Source: Squalus acanthias (taxonomy: Eukaryota). From it: a stretch of DNA of 64,000 nt. The stretch lies in NCBI GenBank assembly GCA_030390025.1, contig CM059433.1, positions 1,674,001 through 1,738,000 of the forward strand, given 5' to 3'. Below, piece after piece: positions 23,006 through 37,300 of this stretch (positions are counted from its first letter, which is position 1; each line of letters begins with the position of its first letter). The notes beneath the pieces are model-generated. The model had not been told where the DNA came from and searched no databases. It saw nothing but the letters and a program-made list of their open reading frames with translations. The position numbers were made by a program, and so were the translations under genes.

Positions 23006-23877
23006 GGGGGAAAAATTCAGTATTGCCCCGTTTGGGGCGCAATTATCGGCCGGGCGCAAAGATTAGCGCCTGGCGCTAATTATCGCCTCCGACTGCAAAC
23101 TTGACTTTTATCGCCCCTGGAGGTGATTGGAGCTCTAAATCAGGCGCTACACATCTGTCTTAAGGCGCAAAGGCCGAGGAGCGAGGCGCTAACTCAGAGC
23201 GCTGGCGAAGCTCATGTGATGTCAGTCAGCAATGGAACATAGACACAATGGCGCTGGCCAGTTCTTAAAGGGGAGAGTTGATCTTGCTTTCCATCCACAT
23301 CCTGCTCATTGCAGCCTTGAATCTCGGCCTGGAGAGACCTGTACATCAAATCTGCTGGAAAGAACAATAGAGACAGCCAGGGAAAGAGCTCAGAGTGCAG
23401 CCCCCACAGTCTCTTCTAAATCGATACAAAGAAGGGCAAATCAAAATGAACCTGCAAAGTGCTGCTCAGTACCCAAAACTCCTTCACACAGCGTTGAATC
23501 TCTCCAGAAGTCTCTCTCTCTCTCTCTCAGAATGTGTGGTTCAAAAATGTCACCAACAAAAATAGGCAGGAAGCAGGTCGCCTTTAAATAGCGCTCCCCC
23601 AGTCCCTTCCTGACTGCAGAACGCTCCCCTCAACCCGTCGTTGCTAGCGGCAGGCGGTAAGGCAGGGGGCGCCACTCAATATCCACTCCAGGGCGCTACC
23701 GGGGCGTTGCGCACTCGAATGACGTCACGATCTGCCGGCGCAGGAGATCGTGGCGGTAGTGTTTAGTGTCGCCGCAAAATGTCTAGTTAATTTCGCGAGC
23801 GGCGCAAACATCGCCGCGCCCGGGCGCTAGTTGCTTAAGGCGCTAACGGGAGGCGCAACCAACTGAATTTTTCCCCC
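23006..23877. mobile_element. Non-autonomous TIR element (872 bp), probable Harbinger derivative
   Basis: Perfect 16-bp TIR gggggaaaaattcagt / actgaatttttccccc; CpG-rich subterminal regions. Confidence 0.85.
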
Positions 23878-24083
23878 AACATCTTTTGAATTACAGGGAA
23901 ATGATTATAAAATTATTGTGTTGCTGTGAAAACATGTTTTATTGTGCTATAGTGAGAAGTGCACGGTATCTGATGCTTCACAGATAAAGCACAACCTTTT
24001 TGCACAGGTAAACAAAGGTGATCATGGAATCATCTGTATGAATGCTGATTGTATATTATCACACTGATAGTTTTTGTTTCAAT

Positions 24084-24506
24084 GGGGGAGAAATTGGTCC
24101 TCGTTGTGCCTGATTTCTGGGCGGAATGTAAGGGTAAAAAGGACCAATTTTGCCAGGCTATGTCCCATGGGACGCCAGAAAGACGTCCGATGAAAAGTTG
24201 GCCTCAAACGATATTCAGGCGTCCAGGGTGGCTGCATTAAACAGGCGTTCGGCCCGTGGAATATGTTAATGTGTGCCCTTAAGCCTGTTTAAGGGCATCT
24301 TCCAGAAATTGGGCAGTGCTGATGGAGGCAACAGCCAGGCTTGCTCTGCTCAGGTGAGCGGCTGCCAGCAAACAGGTACGTTTTTTTTTAAATGTCATCT
24401 GCTTGTGGAGCCAGGAGCAGCAGGACTGCCTCAAGGGCATCTAGGGATGGGCAATAAATGCTGGCCTTGCTCGTGACACCCACATCCTGAGAATGAAAAT
24501 TACCCC
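24084..24506. mobile_element. Decayed TIR element with AAT target-site duplication, carrying a LINE 3' tail near its right end
   Basis: AAT|gggggagaaatt ... aaaattacccc|AAT; 24431-24499 matches the LINE tail at 6092-6160. Confidence 0.6.
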
Positions 24507-25341
24507 AATGATGTAATAGATCACACCTCATCAAGCTTTAGTTATGGAGGAGCGTGGAGGTGGGGGTTGTGGTGCGGGTGAGGGGGGAGCAGAAATGAAG
24601 ATTCCCATTGTGTGACAGGGATAGAATGGCCTATGGCCTTGCTGGTGCCAGATAGAAAGAGAAGTTGTGCTTTTAGGTTGGTTGAAGTTACATTGGAAAT
24701 ATGTAACCTCTATGTTGTATTAATACGCAGAACTGCAGGACACAGAGGGAATTTCCTTCTTGTATTTAGTTAAAAAGAGCAGGTCATTATCACCTTTTCA
24801 GCAGTTTTGAAGGAGCCAGTTTTAGTATCCTGCAGGGTAGAAATTCCACTGGCAACATCACTCTCGTTGGCAGGTTCTGGGCAAGCGTTGCCCAGAAAAT
24901 TACAAGTTATGGAACTTGCAGCGATTACGTTTTCTTACCTGATTCACGATCACAGGCAAAATGTGTGAGAGCTTCATTAGGCTGGCAGATTCAACACAAA
25001 GTAAAGCATAATAAGGCAGCCCTTGAATTTCCAGTGTCCTCCCACCATTCCTGCTCAGAGCAAAGTTCATCTAATTTAAAGTTGAAGGCCAGCAAGGCTT
25101 TGCTTCTAGTCTGAAGGGATGTTTTGACAGAAAATACAACACTTCCACTCTGGTGACTTCAATTCCTCTTTACAGACACTGCATCAGATGTGCCCATATT
25201 GTAAATCTGATCATTCTTTACTACATCACTTACAGCCTCTTATGCCTTTTTTTGCATGTAGGTTTCCATAGGACTGTGAAGAATGGAAGAGGAACTAAAT
25301 CAGATCAGCATTAAATATGATCCAAAAGATGTAGAGGCAGC

Positions 25342-28300
25342 AGACCTGAGTGGGAGCAGAGCGAGACCTGAGCGAGACTGAGCGAGAGCGGAGCGAGACC
25401 TGAGCGAGACCTGAGCGAGACCTGAGCGAGAGCGGAGAGAGAGCGGAGCGAGAGTGGAGCGGGACCTGAGCGAGAGCGGAACGAGAGCGAAGCGAGACCT
25501 GAGCGAGAGTGGAGCGAGACCTGAGCGAGAGTGGTGCGAGACCTGAGCGAGACCTGAGCGAGACTTGAGCAAGAGCGGAGCGAGACCTGAGCGAGACCTG
25601 AGCGAGACCTGAGCGAGACTTGAGCAAGAGCGGAGCGAGACCTGAGCGAGACCTGAGCGAGAGCGGAGCGAGAGCGGAGCGAGACCTGAGCGAGACCTGA
25701 GCGAGAGCGGAGCGAGACCTGAGCGAGAGCGGAACGAGACCTGAGCGAGAGCGGAGCGAGACCTCAGCGAGACCTGAGCGAGAGCGGAGCGACAGCAGAG
25801 CGAGACCTGAGCGAGAGCGAAGCTAGACCTGAGCGAGAGCGGAGCGAGAGCTGAGCGAGACCTGAGCGAGAGCGGAGCGAGACCTGAGCGAGAGCGGAGC
25901 GAGACCTAAGCGAGACCTGAGCGAGACCTGAGCGAGACCTGAGCGAGAGCGGAGCGAGACCTGAGCGAGACCTGAGCAAGATCGGAGCGAGACCTGAGCG
26001 AGACCTGAGCGAGAGCGGAACGAAACCTGAGCGAGAGCGGAGCGAGACCTGAGCGAGAGCGGAGCAAGAGCGGAGCGAGAGCGGAGCGAGACCTGAGCGA
26101 GACCTGAGCGAGAGCGGAGCGAGACTGAGCGAGACCTGAGCGAGAGCGGAGCGACAGCGGAGCGAGACCTGAGCGAGAGCGAAGCTAGACCTGAGCGAGA
26201 GCGGAGCGAGAGCTGAGCGAGACCTGAGCGAGAGCGGAGCGAGACCTGAGCGAGACCTGAGCGAGAGCGGAGCGAGACCTAAGCTAGACCTGAGCGAGAC
26301 CTGAGCGAGAGCGGAGCGAGACCTGAGCGAGACCTGAGCAAGATCGGAGCGAGACCTGAGCGAGAGCGGAACGAAACCTGAGCGAGAGCGGAGCGAGACC
26401 TGAGCGAGAGCGGAGCAAGAGCGGAGCGAGAGCGGAGCGAGACCTGAGCGAGACCTGAGCGAGAGCGGAGCGAGACTGAGCGAGACCTGAGCGAGAGCGG
26501 AGCGAGACCTGAGCGAGACCTGAGCGAGAGCGGAGCGAGACCTGAGCGAGACCTGAGCGAGACTTGAGCGAGACTTGAGCAAGAGCGGAGCGAGACTTGA
26601 GCAAGAGCGGAGCGAGACCTGAGCGAGACCTGAGCGAGAGCGGAGCGAGAGCAGAGCGAGACCTGAGCGAGAGTGGTGCGAGACCTGAGCGAGACCTGAG
26701 CGAGACTTGAGCAAGAGCGGAGCGAGACTTGAGCAAGAGCGGAGCGAGACCTGAGCGAGACCTGAGCGAGAGCGGAGCGAGAGCAGAGCGAGACCTGAGC
26801 GAGACCTGAGCGAGAGCGGAGCGAAACCTGAGCGAGAGCGGAGCGAGACCTGAGCGAGAGCGGAGCGAGACCTGAGCGAGACCTCAGCGAGAGCGGAGCG
26901 AGACCTGAGCGAGAGCGGAACGAGACCTGAGCGAGAGCGGAGCGAGACCTCAGCGAGACCTGAGCGAGAGCGGAGCGACAGCGGAGCGAGACCTGAGCGA
27001 GAGCGAAGCGAGACCTGAGCGAGAGCGGAGCGAGAGCTGAGCGAGAGCGGAGCGAGACTGAGCGAGACCTGAGCGAGAGCGGAGCGAGACCTGAGCGAGA
27101 CCTGAGCGAGAGCGGAGCGAGACCTGAGCGAGACCTGAGCTAGACCTGAGCGAGACCTGAGCGAGAGCGGAGCGAGACCTGAGCGAGACCTGAGCAAGAT
27201 CGGAGCGAGACCTGAGCGAGACCTGAGCGAGAGCGGAACGAGACCTGAGCGAGAGCGGAGCGAGACCTCAGCGAGAACTGAGCGAGAGCGGAGCGACAGC
27301 GGAGCGAGACCTGAGCGAGAGCGAAGCGAGACCTGAGCGAGAGCGGAGCAAGAGCGGAGCGAGAGCGGAGCGAGAGCGGAGCGAGACCTGAGCGAGAGCG
27401 GAGCGAGAACTGAGCGAGAGCGGAGCGAGACCTGAGCGAGACCTGAGCGAGAGCGGAGCGAGACCTGAGCGAGACCTGAGCGAGACCTGAGCTAGACCTG
27501 AGCGAGACATGAGCGAGACCTGAGCAAGATCGGAGCGAGAACTGAGCGAGACCTGAGCGAGACCTGAGCGAGACCTGAGCTAGACCTGAGCGAGACCTGA
27601 GCGAGACCTGAGCAAGATCGGAGCGAGAACTGAGCGAGACCTGAGCGAGAGTAGAGCGAGAGCGGAGCGAGATTGGAGCGAGAGTAGAGCGAGAGCGGAG
27701 CGAGATTGGAGCGAGAGCGGAGCGAGAGCTGAGCGAGAGCGGAGCGAGACCTGAGCGAGAGCGGAACGAGACCTGAGCGAGAGCGGAGCGAGACCTGAGC
27801 GAGACCTGAGCGAGAGCGGAGCGAGACCTGAGCGAGAGCGGAACGAGACCTGAGCGAGAGCGGAGCGAGACCTCAGCGAGACCTGAGCGAGAGCAGAGCG
27901 ACAGCGGAGCGAGACCTGAGCGAGAGCGAAGCGAGACCTGAGCGAGACTGAGCGAGACCTGAGCGAGAGCGGAGAGAGAGCGGAGCGAGACCTGAGCGAG
28001 AGTAGAGCGAGAGCGGTGCGAGATTGGAGCGAGAGCGGAGCGAGAGCTGAGCGAGAGCGGAACGAGACCTGAGCGAGAGCGGAGCGAGACCTGAGCGAGA
28101 GCGAAGCGAGACCTGAGCGAGAGCGGAGCGAGACCTGAGCGAGAGAGGAGCGAGACCTGAGCGAGAGCGGAGCGAGACCTGAGCGAGAGCGGAGCGAGAC
28201 CTGAGCGAGAGCGGAGCGAGACCTGAGCGAGAGCGGAGCGAGACCTGAGCGAGAGTGGAGCGAGACCTGAGCGAGACCTGAGCGAGAGTGGAGCGAGACC

Positions 28301-31300
28301 TGAGCGAGAGCAGAGCGACAGCGGAGCGAGACCTGAGCGAGAGCGAAGCGAGACCTGAGCGAGAGCGGAGCGAGACCTGAGCGAGAGCGGAGCGAGACCT
28401 GAGCGAGACCTGAGCGAGAGCGGAGCGAGACCTGAGCGAGACCTGAGCGAGACCTGAGCGAGACCTGAGCGAGACCTGAGCGAGAGCGGAGCGAGACCTG
28501 AGCGAGACCTGAGCGAGAGCGGAGCGAGACCTGAGCGAGACCTGAGCGAGAGCGGAGCGAGACCTGAGCGAGACCTGAGCGAGACCTGAGCTAGACCTGA
28601 GCGAGACCTGAGCGAGAGCGGAGCGAGACCTGAGCGAGACCTGAGCAAGATCGGAGCGAGAACTGAGCGAGACCTGAGCGAGAGCGGAGCGAGATCGGAG
28701 CGAGAGCGGAGCGAGAGCGGAGCGAGAGCGAAGCGAGACCTGAGCGAGAGCGGAGCGAGACCTGAGCTAGAGTAGAGCGAGAGCAGAGCGAGATTGGAGC
28801 GAGAGCTGAGCGAGAGCGGAGCGAGACCTGAGCGAGACCTGAGCGAGAGCGAAGCGAGACCTGAGCGAGACCTGAGCGAGACCTGAGCGAGAGCGGAGCG
28901 AGACCTGAGCGAGACCTGAGCAAGATCGGAGCGAGACCTGAGCGAGACCTGAGCGAGAGCGGAGCGAGATCGGAGCGAGAGCGGAGCGAGAGCGAAGCGA
29001 GACCTGAGCGAGAGCGGAGTGAGACCTGAGCTAGAGTAGAGCGAGAGCGGAGCGAGATTGGAGCGAGAGCGGAGCGAGAGCTGAGCGAGAGCGGAGCGAG
29101 ACCTGAGCGAGACCTGAGCGAGACCTGAGCTAGACCTGAGCGAGACCTGAGCGAGACCTGAGCGAGACCTGAGCGAGAGCGGAGCGAGACTGAGCGAGAC
29201 CTGAGCGAGAGCGGAGCGAGACCTGAGCGAGACCTGAGCGAGAGCGGAGCGAGACCTGAGCGAGACCTGAGCTAGACCTGAGCGAGACCTGAGCGAGAGC
29301 GGAGCGAGACCTGAGCGAGACCTGAGCAAGATCGGAGCGAGACCTGAGCGAGACCTGAGCGAGAGCGGAACGAGACCTGAGCGAGAGCGGAGCGAGACCT
29401 CAGCGAGAACTGAGCGAGAGCGGAGCGACAGCGGAGCGAGACCTGAGCGAGAGCGAAGCGAGACCTGAGCGAGAGCGGAGCAAGAGCGGAGCGAGAGCGG
29501 AGCGAGAGCGGAGCGAGAGTGGAGCGGGACCTGAGCGAGAGCGGAACGAGAGCGAAGCGAGACCTGAGCGAGAGCGGAGCGAGACCTGAGCGAGAGTGGT
29601 GCGAGACCTGAGCGAGACCTGAGCGAGAGCGGAGCGAGACCTGAGCGAGACCTGAGCGAGACCTGAGCGAGACCTGAGCGAGACCTGAGCGAGAGCGGAG
29701 CGAGACCTGAGCGAGACCTGAGCGAGAGCGGAGCGAGAGCGGAGCGAGAGCGGAGCGAGAGTGGAGCGGGACCTGAGCGAGAGCGGAACGAGAGCGAAGC
29801 GAGACCTGAGCGAGAGCGGAGCGAGACCTGAGCGAGAGCGGAGCGAGACCTGAGCGAGACCTGAGCGAGAGCGGAGCGAGACCTGAGCGAGACCTGAGCG
29901 AGACCTGAGCGAGACCTGAGCGAGACCTGAGCGAGAGCGGAGCGAGACCTGAGCGAGACCTGAGCGAGAGCGGAGCGAGACCTGAGCGAGACCTGAGCGA
30001 GAGCGGAGCGAGACCTGAGCGAGAGCGGAGCGAGACCTCAGCGAGAACTGAGCGAGAGCGGAGCGACAGCGGAGCGAGACCTGAGCGAGAGCGAAGCGAG
30101 ACCTGAGCGAGAGCGGAGCAAGAGCGGAGCGAGACCTGAGCGAGACCTGAGCTAGACCTGAGCGAGACCTGAGCGAGAGCGGAGCGAGACCTGAGCGAGA
30201 CCTGAGCAAGATCGGAGCGAGACCTGAGCGAGACCTGAGCGAGAGCGGAACGAGACCTGAGCGAGAGCGGAGCGAGACCTGAGCGAGACCTGAGCGAGAC
30301 CTGAGCTAGACCTGAGCGAGACATGAGCGAGACCTGAGCAAGATCGGAGCGAGAACTGAGCGAGACCTGAGCGAGACCTGAGCGAGACCTGAGCTAGACC
30401 TGAGCGAGACCTGAGCGAGACCTGAGCAAGATCGGAGCGAGAACTGAGCGAGACCTGAGCGAGAGTAGAGCGAGAGCGGAGCGAGATTGGAGCGAGAGTA
30501 GAGCGAGAGCGGAGCGAGATTGGAGCGAGAGCGGAGCGAGAGCTGAGCGAGAGCGGAGCGAGACCTGAGCGAGAGCGGAACGAGACCTGAGCGAGAGCGG
30601 AGCGAGACCTCAGCGAGACCTGAGCGAGAGCAGAGCGACAGCGGAGCGAGACCTGAGCGAGAGCGAAGCGAGACCTGAGCGAGACTGAGCGAGACCTGAG
30701 CGAGAGCGGAGAGAGAGCGGAGCGAGACCTGAGCGAGAGTAGAGCGAGAGCGGTGCGAGATTGGAGCGAGAGCGGAGCGAGAGCTGAGCGAGAGCGGAAC
30801 GAGACCTGAGCGAGAGCGGAGCGAGACCTGAGCGAGAGCGAAGCGAGACCTGAGCGAGAGCGGAGCGAGACCTGAGCGAGAGAGGAGCGAGACCTGAGCG
30901 AGAGCGGAGCGAGACCTGAGCGAGAGCGGAGCGAGACCTGAGCGAGAGCGGAGCGAGACCTGAGCGAGAGCGGAGCGAGACCTGAGCGAGAGTGGAGCGA
31001 GACCTGAGCGAGACCTGAGCGAGAGTGGAGCGAGACCTGAGCGAGAGCGGAGCGAGAGCGGAGCGAGACCTGAGCGAGAGCGGAGCGAGACCTGAGCGAG
31101 AGCGGAGCGAGACCTGAGCGAGAGCGGAGCGAGACCTGAGCGAGACCTGAGCGAGAGCGGAGCGAGACCTGAGCGAGACCTGAGCGAGACCTGAGCGAGA
31201 GCGGAGCGAGACCTGAGCGAGACCTGAGCGAGAGCGGAGCGAGACCTGAGCGAGACCTGAGCGAGAGCGGAGCGAGACCTGAGCGAGACCTGAGCGAGAC

Positions 31301-34300
31301 CTGAGCTAGACCTGAGCGAGACCTGAGCGAGAGCGGAGCGAGACCTGAGCGAGACCTGAGCAAGATCGGAGCGAGAACTGAGCGAGACCTGAGCGAGAGC
31401 GGAGCGAGATCGGAGCGAGAGCGGAGCGAGAGCGGAGCGAGAGCGAAGCGAGGCCTGAGCGAGAGCGGAGCGAGACCTGAGCTAGAGTAGAGCGAGAGCA
31501 GAGCGAGATTGGAGCGAGAGCTGAGCGAGAGCGGAGCGAGACCTGAGCGAGACCTGAGCGAGAGCGAAGCGAGACCTGAGCGAGACCTGAGCGAGACCTG
31601 AGCGAGAGCGGAGCGAGACCTGAGCAAGATCGGAGCGAGAACTGAGCGAGACCTGAGTGAGAGCGGAGCGAGATCGGAGCGAGAGCGGAGCGAGAGCGAA
31701 GCGAGACCTGAGCGAGAGCGGAGAGAGACCTGAGCTAGAGTAGAGCGAGAGCAGAGCGAGATTGGAGCGAGAGCGGAGCGAGAGCTGAGCGAGAGCGGAG
31801 CGAGACCTGAGCGAGACCTGAGCGAGACCTGAGCTAGACCTGAGCGAGACCTGAGCGAGACCTGAGCGAGACCTGAGCGAGAGCGGAGCGAGACTGAGCG
31901 AGACCTGAGCGAGAGCGGAGCGAGACCTGAGCGAGACCTGAGCGAGAGCGGAGCGAGACCTGAGCGAGACCTGAGCTAGACCTGAGCGAGACCTGAGCGA
32001 GAGCGGAGCGAGACCTGAGCGAGACCTGAGCAAGATCGGAGCGAGACCTGAGCGAGACCTGAGCGAGAGCGGAACGAGACCTGAGCGAGAGCGGAGCGAG
32101 ACCTCAGCGAGAACTGAGCGAGAGCGGAGCGACAGCGGAGCGAGACCTGAGCGAGAGCGAAGCGAGACCTGAGCGAGAGCGGAGCAAGAGCGGAGCGAGA
32201 GCGGAGCGAGAGCGGAGCGAGAGCGGAGCGAGAGTGGAGCGGGACCTGAGCGAGAGCGGAACGAGAGCGAAGCGAGACCTGAGCGAGAGCGGAGCGAGAC
32301 CTGAGCGAGAGTGGTGCGAGACCTGAGCGAGACCTGAGCGAGACTTGAGCAAGAGCGGAGCGAGACCTGAGCGAGACCTGAGCGAGAGCGGAGCGAGACC
32401 TGAGCGAGAGCGAAGCGAGACCTGAGCGAGAGTGGTGCGAGACCTGAGCGAGACCTGAGCGAGACTTGAGCAAGAGCGGAGCGAGACCTGAGCGAGACCT
32501 GAGCGAGAGCGGAGCGAGACCTGAGCGAGACCTGAGCGAGAGCGGAGCGAGACCTGAGCGAGAGCGGAGCGAGACCTGAGCGAGAGCGGAGCGAGACCTG
32601 AGCGAGAGCGGAGCGAGACCTGAGCGAGACCTGAGCGAGAGCGGAGCGAGACCTGAGCGAGAGCGGAACGAGACCTGAGCGAGAGCGGAGCGAGACCTCA
32701 GCGAGACCTGAGCGAGAGCGGAGCTAGACCTGAGCGAGAGCGGAGCGAGAGCTGAGCGAGACCTGAGCGAGAGCGGAGCGAGACCTAAGCGAGACCTGAG
32801 CGAGACCTGAGCGAGAGCGGAGCGAGACCTGAGCGAGACCTGAGCAAGATCGGAGCGAGACCTGAGCGAGACCTGAGCAAGATCGGAGCGAGACCTGAGC
32901 GAGACCTGAGCGAGAGTGGAACGAAACCTGAGCGAGAGCGGAGCGAGACCTGAGCGAGAGCGGAGCAAGAGCGGAGCGAGAGCGGAGCGAGACCTGAGCG
33001 AGACCTGAGCGAGAGCGGAGCGAGACTGAGCGAGACCTGAGCGAGAGCGGAGCGACAGCGGAGCGAGACCTGAGCGAGAGCGAAGCTAGACCTGAGCGAG
33101 AGCGAGAGCGAGAGCTGAGCGAGACCTGAGCGAGAGCGGAGCGAGACCTGAGCGAGACCTGAGCGAGAGCGGAGCGAGACCTAAGCTAGACCTGAGCGAG
33201 ACCTGAGCGAGAGCGGAGCGAGACCTGAGCGAGACCTGAGCAAGATCGGAGCGAGACCTGAGCGAGAGCGGAACGAAACCTGAGCGAGAGCGGAGCGAGA
33301 CCTGAGCGAGAGCGGAGCAAGAGCGGAGCGAGAGCGGAGCGAGACCTGAGCGAGACCTGAGCGAGAGCGGAGCGAGACTGAGCGAGACCTGAGCGAGAGC
33401 GGAGCGAGACCTGAGCGAGACCTGAGCGAGAGCGGAGCGAGACCTGAGCGAGACCTGAGCGAGACTTGAGCGAGAGTGGTGCGAGACCTGAGCGAGACCT
33501 GAGCGAGACTTGAGCAAGAGCGGAGCGAGACCTGAGCGAGAGCGGAGCGAGACCTGAGCGAGAGCAGAGCGAGAACTCTGAGCGAGAGTAGAGTGAGAGC
33601 GGAGCAGACCTGAGCGAGAGCGGAGCGCGAGAGCTGAGCGAGAGCGGAGCTGAGACCTGAACGAGACGTAGCGAGAGCGTAGCGAGACCTGAGCGAGAGC
33701 GGAGCGAGCCTGACGAGTGCGGAGCGAGACCTGAGCGAGAGCGAGCGAGACCTGAGCGAGAGCGGAGCGAGACCTAGGCAGAGTGGAGCGAGACCTTAGC
33801 GAGACCTGCGAGCCGAGAGTGGAGCGAGAGCGGAGCGAGATTGGAGCGAGAGCGGAGCGAGAGCTGAGCGAGAGTTTAGTGAGAGCGAAGCGAGACCTGA
33901 GGCGAGAGTTGGAGCGAGACCTGAGCGAGACCTGAGCGAGAGTGGATCGAGACCTGAGCGAGAGCGGAGCGAGAGCGGAGCGAGAGCTAGCGAGAGCTAG
34001 CGAGACCTGAGCGAGACCTGACGAGACTGAGGCGAGACGTTAGCGAAGGCGGAGCGAGACCTGAACGAGAGCGGATCGAGACGGAGCGAGACCTGAGCGG
34101 AGAGCTGAGCGAGAGCGGAACGAGACCTGAGCGAGAGCGGAGCGAGACCTCAGCGAGAACTGAGCGAGAGCGGAGCGACAGCGGAGCGAGACCTGAGCGA
34201 GAGCGAAGCGAGACCTGAGCGAGAGCGGAGCAAGAGCGGAGCGAGAGCGGAGCGAGAGCGGAGCGAGACCTGAGCGAGAGCGGAGCGAGAACTGAGCGAG

Positions 34301-37300
34301 AGCGGAGCGAGACCTGAGCGAGACCTGAGCGAGAGCGGAGCGAGACCTGAGCGAGACCTGAGCGAGACCTGAGCTAGACCTGAGCGAGACATGAGCGAGA
34401 CCTGAGCAAGATCGGAGCGAGAACTGAGCGAGACCTGAGCGAGACCTGAGCGAGACCTGAGCTAGACCTGAGCGAGACCTGAGCGAGACCTGAGCAAGAT
34501 CGGAGCGAGAACTGAGCGAGACCTGAGCGAGAGTAGAGCGAGAGCGGAGCGAGATTGGAGCGAGAGTAGAGCGAGAGCGGAGCGAGATTGGAGCGAGAGC
34601 GGAGCGAGAGCTGAGCGAGAGCGGAGCGAGACCTGAGCGAGAGCGGAACGAGACCTGAGCGAGAGCGGAGCGAGACCTCAGCGAGACCTGAGCGAGAGCA
34701 GAGCGACAGCGGAGCGAGACCTGAGCGAGAGCGAAGCGAGACCTGAGCGAGACTGAGCGAGACCTGAGCGAGAGCGGAGAGAGAGCGGAGCGAGACCTGA
34801 GCGAGAGTAGAGCGAGAGCGGTGCGAGATTGGAGCGAGAGCGGAGCGAGAGCTGAGCGAGAGCGGAACGAGACCTGAGCGAGAGCGGAGCGAGACCTGAG
34901 CGAGAGCGAAGCGAGACCTGAGCCGAGAGCGGAGCGAGACCTGAGCGAGAGAGGAGCGAGACCTGAGCGAGAGCGGAGCGAGACCTGAGCGAGAGCGGAG
35001 CGAGACCTGAGCGAGAGCGGAGCGAGACCTGAGCGAGAGCGGAGCGAGACCTGAGCGAGAGTGGAGCGAGACCTGAGCGAGACCTGAGCGAGAGTGGAGC
35101 GAGACCTGAGCGAGAGCAGAGTGACAGCGGAGCGAGACCTGAGCGAGAGCGAAGCGAGACCTGAGCGAGAGCGGAGCGAGACCTGAGCGAGAGCGGAGCG
35201 AGACCTGAGCGAGACCTGAGCGAGAGCGGAGCGAGACCTGAGCGAGACCTGAGCGAGACCTGAGCGAGACCTGAGCGAGAGCGGAGCGAGACCTGAGCGA
35301 GACCTGAGCGAGAGCGGAGCGAGACCTGAGCGAGACCTGAGCGAGAGCGGAGCGAGACCTGAGCGAGACCTGAGCGAGACCTGAGCTAGACCTGAGCGAG
35401 ACCTGAGCGAGAGCGGAGCGAGACCTGAGCGAGACCTGAGCAAGATCGGAGCGAGAACTGAGCGAGACCTGAGCGAGAGCGGAGCGAGATCGGAGCGAGA
35501 GCGGAGCGAGAGCGGAGCGAGAGCGAAGCGAGGCCTGAGCGAGAGCGGAGCGAGACCTGAGCTAGAGTAGAGCGAGAGCAGAGCGAGATTGGAGCGAGAG
35601 CTGAGCGAGAGCGGAGCGAGACCTGAGCGAGACCTGAGCGAGAGCGAAGCGAGACCTGAGCGAGACCTGAGCGAGACCTGAGCGAGAGCGGAGCGAGACC
35701 TGAGCGAGACCTGAGCAAGATCGGAGCGAGAACTGAGCGAGACCTGAGTGAGAGCGGAGCGAGATCGGAGCGAGAGCGGAGCGAGAGCGAAGCGAGACCT
35801 GAGCGAGAGCGGAGAGAGACCTGAGCTAGAGTAGAGCGAGAGCAGAGCGAGATTGGAGCGAGAGCGGAGCGAGAGCTGAGCGAGAGCGGAGCGAGACCTG
35901 AGCGAGACCTGAGCGAGACCTGAGCTAGACCTGAGCGAGACCTGAGCGAGACCTGAGCGAGACCTGAGCGAGAGCGGAGCGAGACTGAGCGAGACCTGAG
36001 CGAGAGCGGAGCGAGACCTGAGCGAGACCTGAGCGAGAGCGGAGCGAGACCTGAGCGAGACCTGAGCTAGACCTGAGCGAGACCTGAGCGAGAGCGGAGC
36101 GAGACCTGAGCGAGACCTGAGCAAGATCGGAGCGAGACCTGAGCGAGACCTGAGCGAGAGCGGAACGAGACCTGAGCGAGAGCGGAGCGAGACCTCAGCG
36201 AGAACTGAGCGAGAGCGGAGCGACAGCGGAGCGAGACCTGAGCGAGAGCGAAGCGAGACCTGAGCGAGAGCGGAGCAAGAGCGGAGCGAGAGCGGAGCGA
36301 GAGCGGAGCGAGATCTGAGCGAGAGCGGAGCGAGAACTGAGCGAGAGCGGAGCGAGACCTGAGCGAGACCTGAGCGAGAGCGGAGCGAGACCTGAGCGAG
36401 ACCTGAGCGAGACCTGAGCTAGGCCTGAGCGAGACATGAGCGAGACCTGAGCAAGATCGGAGCGAGAACTGAGCGAGACCTGAGCGAGACCTGAGCGAGA
36501 CCTGAGCTAGACCTGAGCGAGACCTGAGCGAGACCTGAGCAAGATCGGAGCGAGAACTGAGCGAGACCTGAGCGAGAGTAGAGCGAGAGCGGAGCGAGAT
36601 TGGAGCGAGAGCGGAGCGAGACCTGAGCGAGAGCGGAGCGAGATTGGAGCGAGAGCGGAGCGAGAGCTGAGCGAGAGCGGAGCGAGACCTGAGCGAGAGC
36701 GGAACGAGACCTGAGCGAGAGCGGAGCGAGACCTCAGCGAGACCTGAGCGAGAGCAGAGCGACAGCGGAGCGAGACCTGAGCGAGAGCGAAGCGAGACCT
36801 GAGCGAGACTGAGCGAGACCTGAGCGAGAGCGGAGAGAGAGCGGAGCGAGACCTGAGCGAGAGTAGAGCGAGAGCGGTGCGAGATTGGAGCGAGAGCGGA
36901 GCGAGAGCTGAGCGAGAGCGGAACGAGACCTGAGCGAGAGCGGAGCGAGACCTGAGCGAGAGCGAAGCGAGACCTGAGCGAGAGCGGAGCGAGACCTGAG
37001 CGAGAGAGGAGCGAGACCTGAGCGAGAGCGGAGCGAGACCTGAGCGAGAGCGGAGCGAGACCTGAGCGAGAGCGGAGCGAGACCTGAGCGAGAGCGGAGC
37101 GAGACCTGAGCGAGAGTGGAGCGAGACCTGAGCGAGACCTGAGCGAGAGTGGAGCGAGACCTGAGCGAGAGCAGAGCGACAGCGGAGCGAGACCTGAGCG
37201 AGAGCGAAGCGAGACCTGAGCGAGAGCGGAGCGAGACCTGAGCGAGAGCGGAGCGAGACCTGAGCGAGACCTGAGCGAGACCTGAGCGAGACCTGAGCGA

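Noticed and set aside
23953..24012. Plus-strand 54-nt AG..GT segment (EKCTVSDASQIKHNLLH); similar short candidates at ~8124-8148, ~2891-2914 and ~54564-54680
   Set aside because: Such splice-like pairs arise by chance in tens of kb; no recognisable peptide or consistent gene model
25283..25381. Plus-strand ATG ORF MEEELNQISIKYDPKDVEAADL running into the satellite
   Set aside because: Only 32 codons, stops in the first satellite units, and its purine-rich look is the complement of the minus-strand polypyrimidine tract
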